From assembly GCF_009914755.1 (NCBI RefSeq), contig NC_060930.1: 64,000 nt of DNA, one strand, 5' to 3'. Origin of the DNA: the human T2T-CHM13v2.0 reference genome, Homo sapiens. Positions 40,811 through 58,056 of this stretch are shown here, in pieces (the stretch's first letter is position 1; each line of letters begins with the position of its first letter). A program made the position numbers and the translations under genes. Under the pieces are notes generated by a model, which was not told where the DNA came from, made no database searches, and worked only from the letters and a program-made list of their open reading frames with translations.

Positions 40811-42145
40811 TTACATGACGTATCCACGGGAGGCTGAGGCAGGAGAATCACTTGAACCTGGGAGGCGGAGGTTACAGCGAGCCAAGATCACGTCATTTCA
40901 CTCCAGCCTGGGCAACAAGAGTGAAACTCCATCTCAAAAAAGAAAAGAAAATATCCAGAATAGGTACATACATAGAGACAGAACTCAGACTGCTGGTTGC
41001 CAATGGCTGAGGAGAGAATAGTCCTTTACACCGGCTTAATGGGTGTAAAGTTTCATTTTGGGGTTATGAAAAAGTTTAGAAACAAGAGAGTGGTGGTGGT
41101 TGCACAACACTGTGAATGCGCTAAACACCACTGAACTGTTCACTTTAAAACAGTTAATTTTGCCAGGCACAGTACTGCACACACGTAATCCCAAGTACTC
41201 AGGTGGCTGAGGTGGGAGAATCACTTGAGCCTCAGAGTTCAAGGCCGTAGTGTGCTACATGATCATGCCTGTAAACAGCCATTGCACTCCAGCCTGGGCA
41301 ACATAGTGAGACGTCTCTAAAAAAATTAAAATTAAATAAATGAAAATAAAATAGTTAATTTTACATGGTATCAATTTCACAATCTTACTTTAAAAATCAA
41401 CAATATTCCAAATCAAAAATAAAAACCTTTTAAAAAATGTAATAGAGTACATAATACTCTATCACTGTTATGTAGCCCTTCCTTACCCTCTTCCTAAAAC
41501 TACTATTTGACACACATTTATTTAAGGAAACCAATATTAATAGAAGTATTATCTCTATCATAAAGGAACTTTTTCCTAGATTTATACATATAAACCACAG
41601 CATAGATGAGAAACTCATTTAGCACGGGTGACTGAGAAATGGATTAACAGGCAAAGAAGGTAATACGTGATCAGGTAAGAGGTACAACTGATTTTCATAT
41701 CTAGATTCTAATTTCATTTCATTGATTTGTGGTTATATCTTTATCTAGTAGGGTGTTTCTGACAATGTTGAGAAAATTAATAGGACATCATATTTTACAG
41801 AAATATTTTTCCCAAGTTACTTTTCTAGAAAACATCTGTTCCATCCATGGTGGATGCAAGTAGAATTCCAAAACATACACACTGCTCCCTGAAGATACCT
41901 GCAGGCAACCTAGGATGTTGCAATACCACAACTGCACAGCAGTAGCCTAATAGGAGGTAGAGAAACATTGTCTATATGCTATTAAAAGATATTTTATCTA
42001 CTGCTTTACTGAGAAATAAGGCCAATATTAACTCCTAAGTTAATGTATAAAAATCTAGAAGAGTTATTTGACTCTTGTTACTAATGCTAAACAACTTACA
42101 ATGAACACCTAATGTAACACTGAACTGTACACCTTAAACTGATTA

Positions 42146-42583
<438 letters not shown>

Positions 42584-42898
42584 TTAAAAAATATGAACCC
42601 ATTAAATTGAACATGTTTAAATTTTACATAGTTGAAAACTTTTAGTAATTTCAATTAATAGAAGCGTTCTGGCCTCTTAACAGAGTGTTTATTAGATATC
42701 CTCCACCTCCAAGGAGGACAAACACAAACGAAAAAGGCTTAAATTGTAGCAAGGAAGGTTTAAACATAATTCTAACCAGAAAGTAATTAAACATTATAAT
42801 AAGGTATCATGCAAATCTCTGCCCGTAGGGATACAAGAATAGGACAGATGGCTATCTTAGAAGGGCTGGATGCAAATCTACAGGAAAAGTTGGAATAA

Positions 42899-43161
<263 letters not shown>

Positions 43162-43549
43162 TAAACTAAAGAATCTCTTAAGTCAGTTTCCGGTTTTACA
43201 ATTCCAAGTTCTGTATTCACAGCCCAATAGTATCTCTGAAAGACATTCCATCTATAGAACACTGCAGATATTAATCTACAAGTCATTTCAATTTGGTTTT
43301 AGATATTGGGTTTACTTTCACCATATCATTTATTCACTTTACATACTCACTTAGGAACTGAAAATTGACTACTTCTGTTAACAGACAGTTCCATCAATCT
43401 CCAGCAGCATGGCTGCCAGCTCAGGTATAAATGCTACAAACATGCTCAACTGAAAACAATATTTGGTTCTAAATTTAACAAATAGAGGCCAGGTGCGGTG
43501 GCCCACGCCTATAATCCCAGCACTTTGGGAGGCCAAGGTGGGTGGATCA

Positions 43550-43870
<321 letters not shown>

Positions 43871-43905
43871 TCAGTTTTTCAAAAATGACAAATTCTTACT
43901 TTTGA

Positions 43906-44118
<213 letters not shown>

Positions 44119-44753
44119 TAGAGATGGAGGTCTCGCTATCTTGCCTATGCTGGTCTCAAACTCCTGGGTTCAAGCAATCCTACTGCCCTGGCCTCCCAAA
44201 GTGCTGGGATTATAGGCGTGAGCTACTGCACTCAGACAGGTTTAATTTTAGAAGACTCAGGGTCTTCGCTTTTCAATAATGATTTTTAATTTACCACATT
44301 ATTTTCTAATAGACAACTGAATGGTATTTATTACAACCCGAAGCAGGCACTTATGAAGTCATAGGAAGATTAATCATCTTCAATTCAACAGGTTAATCAT
44401 CAGAGCAAGTTGAGAGATTTTTTTGTCAACCTGTATTAGGACTATGTCAACAGTTGCCCAGTTAGAAATTAAATGATGCGTAGAACAACACGTCTAGACT
44501 TTAGATTTTTACTTGGGCAACACACACAAATACTGTGATTAAGTATGCATGCATGCACATTATGTGTATATGTATTTACCTAGATTTCATTAATTATGAT
44601 GGATGTTTGTTTGAAAAAAAAATATTGGCTGGACACAGTGGCTCATGTCTATAATCCCAACACTTTGGGAGACTAAGGCAAGATTGAGCCCAAGAGTTCA
44701 AGACTAGGTCTGGCAACATAGTGCGACCCATCTCTAAAAAAATGTTTAAATTG

Positions 44754-44857
44754 ATCCTTTTGTAATTCAGATGCGTGATGATTGGGTGTTTACATGCATG
44801 TATGAGACGTGCCAACCTTGAATCTTGTTATATAACGTGCACATTACCCGTCTGACA
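44754..44857 (+). pseudogene. U13/SNORD13 snoRNA retrocopy 2, inserted in an Alu linker
   Basis: atccttttgtaattcagatgcgTGATGAttgggtgtt...gcacattacccgtCTGAc plus an A-rich tail. Flanked by an Alu left arm (~44627-44742) and right arm (~44903-45050). Confidence 0.9.
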
Positions 44858-44913
44858 TGAGAAAAAGGAAAAAAATTAAATAAAAAGTAAAAAATAAAAA
44901 AATTAGCCAGTCA

Positions 44914-45114
<201 letters not shown>

Positions 45115-45245
45115 TTAGATTATGACGCTATCTTTCATAAGAAAAAAAAATGAAAAGCCTTCCTGCTTTTAGTTCACAAATGATTTTTCATTTTATAATC
45201 AAAGAAAATAAAGAACATGCCTTATGTAGCCAAAAAATAAGGTAA

Positions 45246-45509
<264 letters not shown>

Positions 45510-46655
45510 TAACGGCTCACTCCTTTGCTCATATATGTAACTTGTTTTTATACAGAAATAACATGTCATCAACATATATGCTACTCCATGGCTTTGAGCA
45601 TAAGTTTTTTATATAAAAACTCAAATAGAAGTTTTATTTTATTTTATTTTATTTTTTTTGAGACGGAGTCTCGGTCTGTTGCCCAGGCTGGAGTGCAGTG
45701 GCGCAATCTCGGCTCACTGCAAGCTCCGCCTCCTGGGTTCACGCCATTCTCCTGTCTCAGCCTCCCTCAAATACAAGTTTTATAATCCAACTATATTTTT
45801 AATTTTTTTTTTTGAGACAGCATCTCACCACTCTGTCACCCAGGCTAGAGTGCAATGGTGCGATTTCAGCTCACTGCAGCCTCAGCTTCCCAGGGTGATC
45901 CTCCCACTTCAGCCTCCCAAGTAGCTGGTACTACAGGTGCATACCATTAAGCCCGACTCATTTCGCTGTATTTTTTGTAGAGACAGGATCTCACTATGTC
46001 ACCCAGGCTGGTCTCAAACTCCTGGACTCAAGTGATCCTCCTGCCTCACCTGGCCTCCCAAAGTGCTGGGATTATAGGCGTGCAGCCTTTTAAGTTATTT
46101 TTTTTCTTATCCACACTGGGCCTCACCTATTCACTTTCCACAACACCTAAGAAAAATCTTAGACATTAAATACATACCTCAAACATATAAAATTCATTAC
46201 ACTGCTTTTGTAGCCATAATAATTATACTAATAAAGACTGACTCTAAAGAACTTAAAACTTACTAGGGTAGTGTTTAAATGGTCCAATTCACAAGGGGTT
46301 GGGAGAAATAATGATCCTCTCCTACCAAACTAGCAGCAACAATATGCCAAGTTTCCTATGCTGAACTAGTGTAAACAAGGAAGAAAAAGAGCCAGAGGTG
46401 GGAAGCAGTCAGGCAAGAGAACTCTCTTCAAGATATAACTTTACTTCTAAATTTCACCAGAGTAATAGCTTTTCTCAGTGTGTTCAATAACCCATGTCTC
46501 TCTGACTAAACACCACAGGTTAGCTGTCAGAAAACTACAGTAGGCTATATTCCCTGCTTGAGATCATCAGACGTAACAGATACAAATGGAGATTACAAAT
46601 GATTAATTCTAAAGACTATCTCCTGCATCCAGTCAAAGAGTTTTCTAAACATCTA

Positions 46656-47048
<393 letters not shown>

Positions 47049-48421
47049 TTACACATTACCTTTGGTGCAGCCACGGCTACAACACTCCTACTAATAGATG
47101 AGCATCATCCAGGGTAGAACTAGGTAGGAGTGGGATAAAAAGTAGGCTTACAGCCTCTTTTCCAGCGTTGCTTGAGGCATTCAGTGGATAAGGAATAAAA
47201 GAGAGGTTGGTTGTGCAAGTGATGCCAAGAGAAACAAGATTCCACATGTCAGGAGACTGAATGCCCAACAGAGCAAAGGGCACTGAACCTTTTGCCTTTT
47301 GCCCAAAGAAATATTAGTTGCTTCACCTGAAATCCTTTCAAAGAAAGTCTAATCGTCTCCACTGCAACTCTGCCTCTGAGTGAATCCAACAACCTCTATT
47401 CAGAGTACAAGGGGAAGCGTTGCTTAACAACGACAGCAAGTGCTACTTCCAAAGCCAAGAAACACTCCTTTACGTCGGGTAGTCTTCTGTCCCAATTCAG
47501 CCTTCTACAAGGTGAAGCCAAAAATACTTGGCTCCCAGCCTAAGTTCTCCATTTTCCCAAACATCTGTCAACTTAGCTTTCTTTCAGATAAGCCCCTCTC
47601 CATTCCCAGCATTCTGGTGACCCCAGATGAACCCTCTGCCAGGAGTCCTGTCCCTTCAGAAAGTTCCTTCCCCCAAGATCATCTCATTTCCCCCACTTTT
47701 CCTAAGGTGGTTCCCAGGCCCTGTCCCAAGTCTAACACTCCGGGTCCTCCATGTGTCGATTTACTAGTAGATCCTACTCCTCCCTGGCATAACTCTCAAG
47801 AAAGTCATCTCCCTCACCATACCCCCTTGTCTTCCCCCATAATATCACCCCCTTTTCCCTATCTATCCTCAGATGGAAAGAGACAGACACATAAATTAAT
47901 CTGTTCTCAGCTCCTAACTCCCAAGCTCTCCAGTGCTCAGGTTGTTCCACAGCACCTAATCCTTCCCTATAGTTTCCGCCCAATCCTGGCATCCTCAGCC
48001 CCTCACTCCAAACCCCAACCTTTTTCCCCACTCCCCAAATCCAGATCTCCTGTGCTTTTTACTCTCAGCCAACACCATAACCCTTTTCCTCCCAAGTCTA
48101 CCCACTATGCCTGGATGCCCAAGTCTTTTCCCCTCATCCCACGTCCCTTGGCCCCTAATCCTCGAAAAACCTTAGGAGCTCGCCCCCACCATCTCCCTTC
48201 CGCCCCTCCTGCCTCCGTGGTCCCTAACTCTCCTTTAGCCCTGCTCAGCCCCCAAATACTCCCTATGCCCACGGGGCTCCCCGACTCGTCCTCCCCGTCC
48301 CGGGAAGGGGTGGCCCTCAGTACCCGCCTGGCTCGCCCTGCCGCCAAGCTCAAGTGTCCCTTCCCTTCCCCTCGGGGCCCCCGAGGCCGCTGCCAGCGCT
48401 GGCACTGCGGGGCCGGCTCAC

Positions 48422-48579
48422 CAGTTGGTCATGTCCAGGAAGAAGGCGCAACCGGCAGGATTGAGCTGGAAGCCGAGCAGCCTCTGGAACTCGGAGATGA
48501 GCACGTCCTTGTCGGTGGTGCCCAGGCAGCTGAACTTCTGCATCAGCTCCGGGTCCAGGTCTACGTCCATGCCCTCCAT
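48422..48579 (-). CDS. ILRUN: ILRUN (C6orf106) coding exon 1, UBA-like N-terminus (codons 1-53)
   Basis: Translates MEGMDVDLDPELMQKFSCLGTTDKDVLISEFQRLLGFQLNPAGCAFFLDMTN(W), recognised as the ILRUN N-terminus. ATG at 48579 in strong Kozak context (cccgccATGG). Ends at donor TG|GTGAGC. 158 nt, phase 2. Confidence 0.97.
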
Positions 48580-48850
48580 GGCGGGGACCGGACACCCGCT
48601 TCCCCGCCTCTTCACAACCAAGCCGCCGCCGCGCCGCCGGGCCCGGGGACCTGGAGGGGGGCCGCTGCTAGCTAGCTTCGCGACCCCGCTCCTTTGAGGT
48701 AGGCCCCGGGCCTCTCACAGTCTCATAGGGGTAAACTCACTCTGCCACTCACTCACTCTCCCCCCCCTCCCACCCCCCCCAGCTCCGCCGCCTCCGCCGC
48801 CTCTCGCCTCTCGCCACTCCGCCGCCTCCGCCTCCTCCCGCGCCGCGCCC
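48580..48850 (-). other. ILRUN: ILRUN 5'UTR (TSS approximate)
   Basis: GC-rich, GGC/GGA-rich leader upstream of the ATG with no obvious splice acceptor. Promoter motifs lie immediately beyond ~48850. The TSS is inferred, not observed. Confidence 0.7.
48715..48726 (-). promoter_or_regulatory. Minimal uORF ATG-AGA-CTG-TGA (M-R-L-stop)
   Basis: Read directly from the sequence. It starts 147 nt upstream of, and in frame with, the main ATG. Weak Kozak context (cctATGa). Confidence 0.7.
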
Positions 48851-49119
48851 ACTGCGCAAGCGTCGCCCGCCCAGGCCCCGCCCCTTCCTCTCCCGGACGC
48901 CCGCCTCTTAGTGTCGTCACAAACTCGTGACGTCCCCGCGTGACCTCACCGCTGCGGGGCGATGGAGCGAAAAGTAGGAAGGAGGAAAGAGATGGTCCAG
49001 CCGTGGGGGGCGGGGGAGGCTTCTGGCCAGACCATTACTCCGCCCCGTCCCCACCCTCAAGGAGAGCCGTTAAAGCCTGGGGCTGCGGGAGAAGTTGAGG
49101 GATTTTCGTTTATAACAAC

Positions 49120-50165
49120 TCTACCATTTTGCAGGTGAGGAAACTGAAGTCCCGGGAGAGACAGTGGCAAGGTCAAGTAGCAAAGTGCACTCAGCCCTCC
49201 CAGCAAGGAGTCTGCCACTCGCGCTTGAAGGACGTGTTTGAAGAGCTGCTTTCCCAGTGGGATGCTGCCTTAAAGTCTTGATTCCCTGGCACTCTTTCCT
49301 ATTACTACATTTTATCGGTGCTGTTTGTGTTATGCAACGGTAGCATCGTGTCTCCGGAAGATAAAAAAGGTCTCGATACAAACATCCATAACCTTCCACC
49401 CACTCCGTCAGGAACAACCCAATCAAAATAAAGTCATGAGAATTTAGCATGCCTTGTTCTGTGTTTAAAATAGAAGACAAAGTATTTCTGTATATATCGT
49501 ACACCTTCCCGGTCAAGGTCTGTCAAAGAATGAGAAAGGAAGCATAGAGACTATCTTGTCTACCCTCTTCTGTTAGGAAATGTTTTTGAAATATCGCGAA
49601 TTGCCCAGCACTGCTAGATCCAAGGCGGGGAGGGGTGGGGGGGGATGAGTGAGAAATGGTCTTCTGCCTTCAAGTAGCCCCCTATTTTGCAAATAAGGGA
49701 AGTAAGCTTACGTGCGTTGTCCAAAAAATACAGAGCCCCAAAACTAGAACCCAGGTTTCTGGTTCCTTATGAAGTGTGTTTTCCACAATTTCAATAACAG
49801 CTGGAATAAGTAGTAATGTGTCGGGGGCCAGGATGTTTTGGAAAGGGAACGCATTCTACCTCCTCTGTCCCACTACCAAGAGAGTAAACTACAGTGGCTT
49901 AAAAAGCCTAGGTTCTGGAGTCATGCACATTTGGGACTGAGAGGTGAACATGTTTTGTCCCAATCTTTTGGATAATGCAATAGAGACAGAAAGATTATAA
50001 AAATCTCAATGTAATAACTGAAAGGAACTGAGACTGTCGAGTCCAACCTCCCCATTCTACAGATGAAGACATTGAAATGGAGAGAGCGGAAATGACTCAC
50101 TCAAGATTACACAGCTGGAAAGTGGGTTCCAAACTCCCAGTTTAGCACTCCATTCACTATACCCT
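49120..50165 (-). mobile_element. MIR fragments upstream of the promoter (~49120-49190, ~50030-50165)
   Basis: cattttgcaggtgaggaaactga; cccattctacagatgaagacattga. Confidence 0.65.
49427..49466 (+). terminator. Candidate poly(A) signal for a divergent/antisense transcript from the CpG island (possibly ILRUN-AS1)
   Basis: AATAAA at 49427-49432 followed by GU-rich ttgttctgtgttt at 49454-49466. The link to an annotated antisense lncRNA is from recollection and unverified. Confidence 0.45.
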
Positions 50166-50880
50166 GCTACATTCCCTTTCTACATTAAGTTCAATTGGGG
50201 CCTTACACAAAAATTAAAAATTTGACCCAAGAACTAATTTGATGTTAGGACCATAGACTTCTAGAAAGTGTTTTAACTTGCAGTATCCATGGATGAAAAT
50301 TGTGTTGACCAAGGATCCAAAAAAAGATATTATTGGAACCTGGTGACTCCATCAGAATGCTGATTCAGGGAAAAATTCAAAACTCTCTGTCAATCCCGTA
50401 CAGTACTAAGGTCTTAGCCCACACCTAAACGCTCTACATAATTCAATTTTTTTTTTTTTGAGACAAGATCTTGTTCTGTTGCCCATGCTGGAGTGCAATG
50501 GTAGGATCACGGCTCACTGCAGCCTTGAACTCCTGGGATCAAGCAATCCTCCCACCTCAGCCCCCCAGGAAGGCGGAACTGCAGGTGGGCGCCACCATGC
50601 CCGGCTAATGTTTTTTTTTTCAACTTTCTTTAGAGACAGGGTCTCACTGTGTTGCCCGGGCTGATCTCAAACTTCTGGGCTTGAGAGATACTCCTGCCTT
50701 AGCCTCCCAAAGTGTTGGGATTACAGGCATGAGCCACTATGCCCTAACATTTTTATGTAATAAATAAAAAGCTATTAAGGTCAATGAGGAGGTGGGAGGA
50801 TAGCTTGAGCCCAGGAATTCGAGACCAGCCTAAGCAACATGGTGTGACCACCACGCCACAAAAAATTTAAAAATTGATCA

Positions 50881-51078
<198 letters not shown>

Positions 51079-51372
51079 TTATTGTAAAATAAAATTTACA
51101 ATAAAAATAAAAAGATCAATAATGGGAGGATCACTTGAGGCCAATAGTTTGAGACCAGCCTGGGCAGGCAGTGTAGCAAGACCCCATCTCTACCAAAAAA
51201 TTTTAAAAATAGCTAGGTTAACTGGTAGGCACCTGTAGTCCCACCTGCTCCAGGTGGTTGAAGCAGGAAGATAGCTTGCACCTAGGAGTTTGAGGCTGCA
51301 GTGAGCTGTGATCGTGCCACTGCACTGGAGCCTAGGCATCTGAGCAAGACTCAGTCTCCCTTTTTTTTTTAG

Positions 51373-51534
<162 letters not shown>

Positions 51535-52072
51535 TAGTGACGGATTTTCACCGATGTTGGTCAGGCTGGTCTGAAACTCCTGACTTCAAGTGATCTGCCA
51601 TCGGCCTCCCAAAGTGCCGGGATTACAGGCACGAGCCACCTTGCCTGGCGAAGACTCTGTCTCTTAAAAATGTATATATTAAAGACTTGAAAATGAATGA
51701 AAATATTTTAAACTTCATGAATAATTAGGATATGCAAATTAAAACAAAGATACATTATCATTCTTACATATTTTTACATTTTTACATAAACAAGGTATTT
51801 TTAGTATAAATACGTCCCATACATTAACTAGGTGTCCTCTATTTTTATTTGCTAACTCTGGCAACCCAAACTATTGGGAATGTTTACTTTTATGTTAAGT
51901 TTCTATACTGCTTGAATGTTTACAGTGAGTATATATTAATTTGGTAGTTATTTTTTATTTTTTATTTTTATTTTTATTTTTTGTCCCCACGAAAGAAGAC
52001 TTTTTTTTAAGGATAAACTTTTCAATGATTTTTTTAAAATGTTATTGGTGAGGTAAAAGTATATAGCTATTG

Positions 52073-52675
<603 letters not shown>

Positions 52676-53306
52676 TATTATTTTTATTTATTTATTTTGA
52701 GACAGTCTCGCTCCATTGCCCAGGCTAGAGAGCAGTGGCCCTATCTGGGCTCACTGCAACCTCTGCCTCCAGGTTCAAGTGATTCTCCTGCCACAGCCTC
52801 CCAAGTAGCTGGGATTACAGGCGCCTGCCGCCACGCCTGGCTAAATTTTTTGTATTTTTGGTAGAGACGGGGTTTCACCATGTTGGCCAGGCCGGTCTGA
52901 AACTCCCGACCTCCGGTGATCCACCCACTTCGTCCTCCCAAAGTGCTAGGATTACAGACATGAGCCACCAGCCCCGGCCTTTATTATTATGTACTATTAT
53001 TTTATTTTTTATTTTTTTCTGAGACAGAGTCTCGTTCTGTTGCCAAGGCTGGAGTGCAGTGGCACAAGATCTGCACTCACTGTAACCTCTGCCTCCCAGG
53101 TTCAAGCGATTCTCCTGCCTCACTCAGCCTCCTGAGTAGCTGGGATTACAGGCATTAGCCACCATGCCTGGCTAATCTTTTTTTATTTTTTGTAGAGGTG
53201 GGTTTCGCCATGTTGGCCAGGCTGGTCTCGAATTCCTGATCTCAAGTGATCTGCCGCCCGCCTCGACCTCCCAAGGTGCTGGGATTACAAAGCCTCTGCG
53301 CCCGGC

Positions 53307-53412
53307 TTGCCTGCCTGCCTGCCTGCCTGCCTGCCTTCCTTCCTTCCTTCCCTCTCTCTCTCTCTCTCTTTTCTTTCTCTCTCTCTCTTTTTCTCTCTCT
53401 CTTTTTTTCTTT
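53307..53412. repeat. (CCTG)n(CCTT)n(CT)n polypyrimidine tract in an Alu tail
   Basis: Read directly from the sequence. Confidence 0.9.
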
Positions 53413-54565
53413 CATCTAGCTCTGTTGCCCAGGCTGGAGTGTGCAGTGTGCAACAGTGCAATCTCAGCTCACTGCAACCTCCACCTCCTGGGCTCAAGCA
53501 ATCCTACCACCTCAGCTTCCAGAGTAGCAGAGACTACAGGCGCATGCCACCACGCCCAGCTAATTTTTGTATTTTTTGTAGAGACAAGGTTTTGCCATGT
53601 TCTTCAGGCTGGTCTTGAACTCCTGAGTTCAGGCTATCCTCCTGCCTCGACCTCCCAAAGTGCTGGGATTACAGGTGTAAGCCACTGCACCTGGCCCTGT
53701 TTGTTTGTTTGTTTTACATTTTCCAAGTTTTGACAATAAGCATGTATTGAAGAATTTTTACCATACAATTTGCCTATGCTACGTTAAGTGAAGAAAACAG
53801 TATGTCACTTAATATACTATATGAACTTATCCACATAGCAAAAGATTGGAAATATTAATAATTATTAATAATAATTTTACTTTTCTTTTTTATACTTTCC
53901 CGTATTTAAATAAATAAATATGGCAGCGTGCAGTGGCTCACGCCTGTAATCCCAGCACTTTGGAAGACCCAGGCAGGCAGATCACCTGAGGTTAGGAGTT
54001 TGAGACCAGCCTGGCCAAGATGGTGAAACCTAGTCTCTACTAAAAATACAAAAATTAACCAGGTGTGGTGGTGCATGCCTGTAATCCCAGCTACTCAGGA
54101 GGCTGAGGCAGGAAAATCGCTTGAACCCAGGAGGTGGAGATTGTAGTGAGCTGAGAACCTACTATTACATTCCAGCCTGGGCAACAGAGGGAGACTTCGT
54201 CTCTAAATAAATAAATAGAACCGGGCAAGGTGGCTCACGCCTATAATCCCAGCACTTTGGGAGGCCAAGGCAGTAGGATCACTTGAGCTCAGGAGCTCAA
54301 GACCAGCCCTGTCAACTAGTGAGACAAAAATAAAACATAAGAACAACTAACCGGGGGCGGTGTGCACGCCTGTAATCCCAGCTACTGGGGAGGTTGAGGT
54401 GGGAGGATCTCTTGAACAGAGGAGGTCAAGGCTGCAGTGAGCAGAGATTGTGCCACTGCACTCCAGCCTGGGGCAATGGAGCAAGACCCTATCTTAAAAT
54501 AAAATAAAATAAAATAAAATAAAATAAAATAAATATTCAAAAAGTTTCAACTGGCTGGTCCACTA

Positions 54566-54923
<358 letters not shown>

Positions 54924-55099
54924 TTAAAGCTTTTATTTGGGAAGCAAGAATTACATGTCAATTTTTTTAAACGTTTGGGGTCTTGCTTTTCCACCAAGAC
55001 TGAAATGCAGTGGCAAAATAACTCACTCCAGCCTGGAATTCCTGGGCTTGAGCAGTCCTGCTGCCTCAGCCTCCCAGAGTGCTGGTATTATAGGCATCA

Positions 55100-55473
<374 letters not shown>

Positions 55474-56177
55474 TTACATATGATTCAGTTTCTAAGACAG
55501 GTTCATGAATAAGTGTGAGAGAGATGTCTGGAAGGATATACTCCAAGGTATAACAATGACAATCTCTAGGTATGGACAATGATGGATATTTTAATATTTT
55601 TTGACTGTACTTTTTTAATGATCATGTAATAAAACATAAAGAGACACTTCATTTTGAAGAAAAGAAAATTGGATGGCCTGGGGAGCTTTTCAAACATTCG
55701 TTCATTTTAATTCTGTATAGTCTCCCTGTCAAGGGAGAAACCTCAAAAGCTGCAAAGCCAAGGAAGCAGCTAACAATGAGATGGGCTATTCAGTTGAGCA
55801 AGCAAATGTCTGCGGGCTTACTATGAGAAAGGCTGAGTTGGGGACAGTGGTCCGGAAAGAGAACCCTTATTCTTTTGCTGTGTGACTGTGACCAAATTAT
55901 ACAGCTTCACTCTAGACCTTAGTTTCCTCATCTCTATACAGGGAATGCTGTAAAAAGTTCGAAAGAATAAGTCAAACAAAACCAAAAAGATGTTTGGAAT
56001 TTGGGCGGGGCGCAGTGGCTCTCACCTGTAATCCCAGCACTTTGGGAGGCCAAGGCGGGTGGATCACCAGGTCAGGAGATTGAGACCATCCTGGCCAACA
56101 TGGTGAAACCCCGTCTCTACTAAAAATACAAAAATTGGCTGGGCTTGGTGGCGCATGCCTGTAATCCCAGCTACTCA

Positions 56178-57098
<921 letters not shown>

Positions 57099-57807
57099 TA
57101 AGTTCTACCTGGGGGGGTATATTTTCTCTGGGAAGTGAATAGGTGAGGTTGAAGAGCAGCCCTCCACTTTCAATATCCTCCCAAAGCATGATGGGAAAGG
57201 ACCAGACCCCCACATTTGGGGTTTTTCCAGTTCTTCTACCCTACTACCCTACTCAAAAGATACTCAAATGGGAGGCACCGGCCTATTGTACTATTTTTTC
57301 TTCTGGACAAAGCATCTGAGACCCTGGGTCTCTTTTTTCCTACTGTGGTGAATGGGAGAATGCAGACGAAAACCTGACTGTCTTTATCTCACGTCCCTTG
57401 GCCTAGATTCATCCAGAAGTAGTCCATTCTTCTTTTTCTTTTTTTCCCCCCTTCTCTTCTTGGCCCTTTTAGTTTGCCAAGTCAAACATCCTCCAAGTAA
57501 ACATGAACTCCTTATCTCTCCCTCATGTTAAAAAAACAAAAACAGAAACCCACAGCCTCTCCCATTTTATTATAATCATTCTCTTCACTCTTTTTTACCA
57601 ACTGGGTTCCAATGTGTATAACATCTTGCTGTCTGCATCTCAGGTAAAGTTAAGAAAGAAAAGGAGAAAAAAGGGAACAAATATTTAACGAACTCTCCAG
57701 TGTGTCAGAGTCCATCACATTAAGTACTTTGGTTCATTTAATTTTCACAACAAAATGAGATCATTATTATTATTATTCCAATTTGCAGATCAGGAAATAG
57801 AAATTAA

Positions 57808-58056
<249 letters not shown>

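Larger units (their letters stand above)
48270..49090. promoter_or_regulatory. CpG island / TATA-less ILRUN promoter
   Basis: Dense CpG relative to the CpG-depleted background. GC boxes at 48874-48884 (GGCCCCGCCCC) and ~49006-49016. NRF1-like TGCGCAAGCG at 48853-48862. CRE/ATF-like sites at 48913-48948. Confidence 0.9.

Noticed and set aside
48350-48595. 81-aa alternative-frame ORF over exon 1
   Set aside because: GTG start 16 nt before a strong-Kozak ATG, runs into the intron, and is expected by chance in GC-rich DNA.
49121-49516. 131-aa minus-strand ORF upstream of the promoter
   Set aside because: Non-ATG start, ends in a MIR, and has no recognisable homology or splice support.
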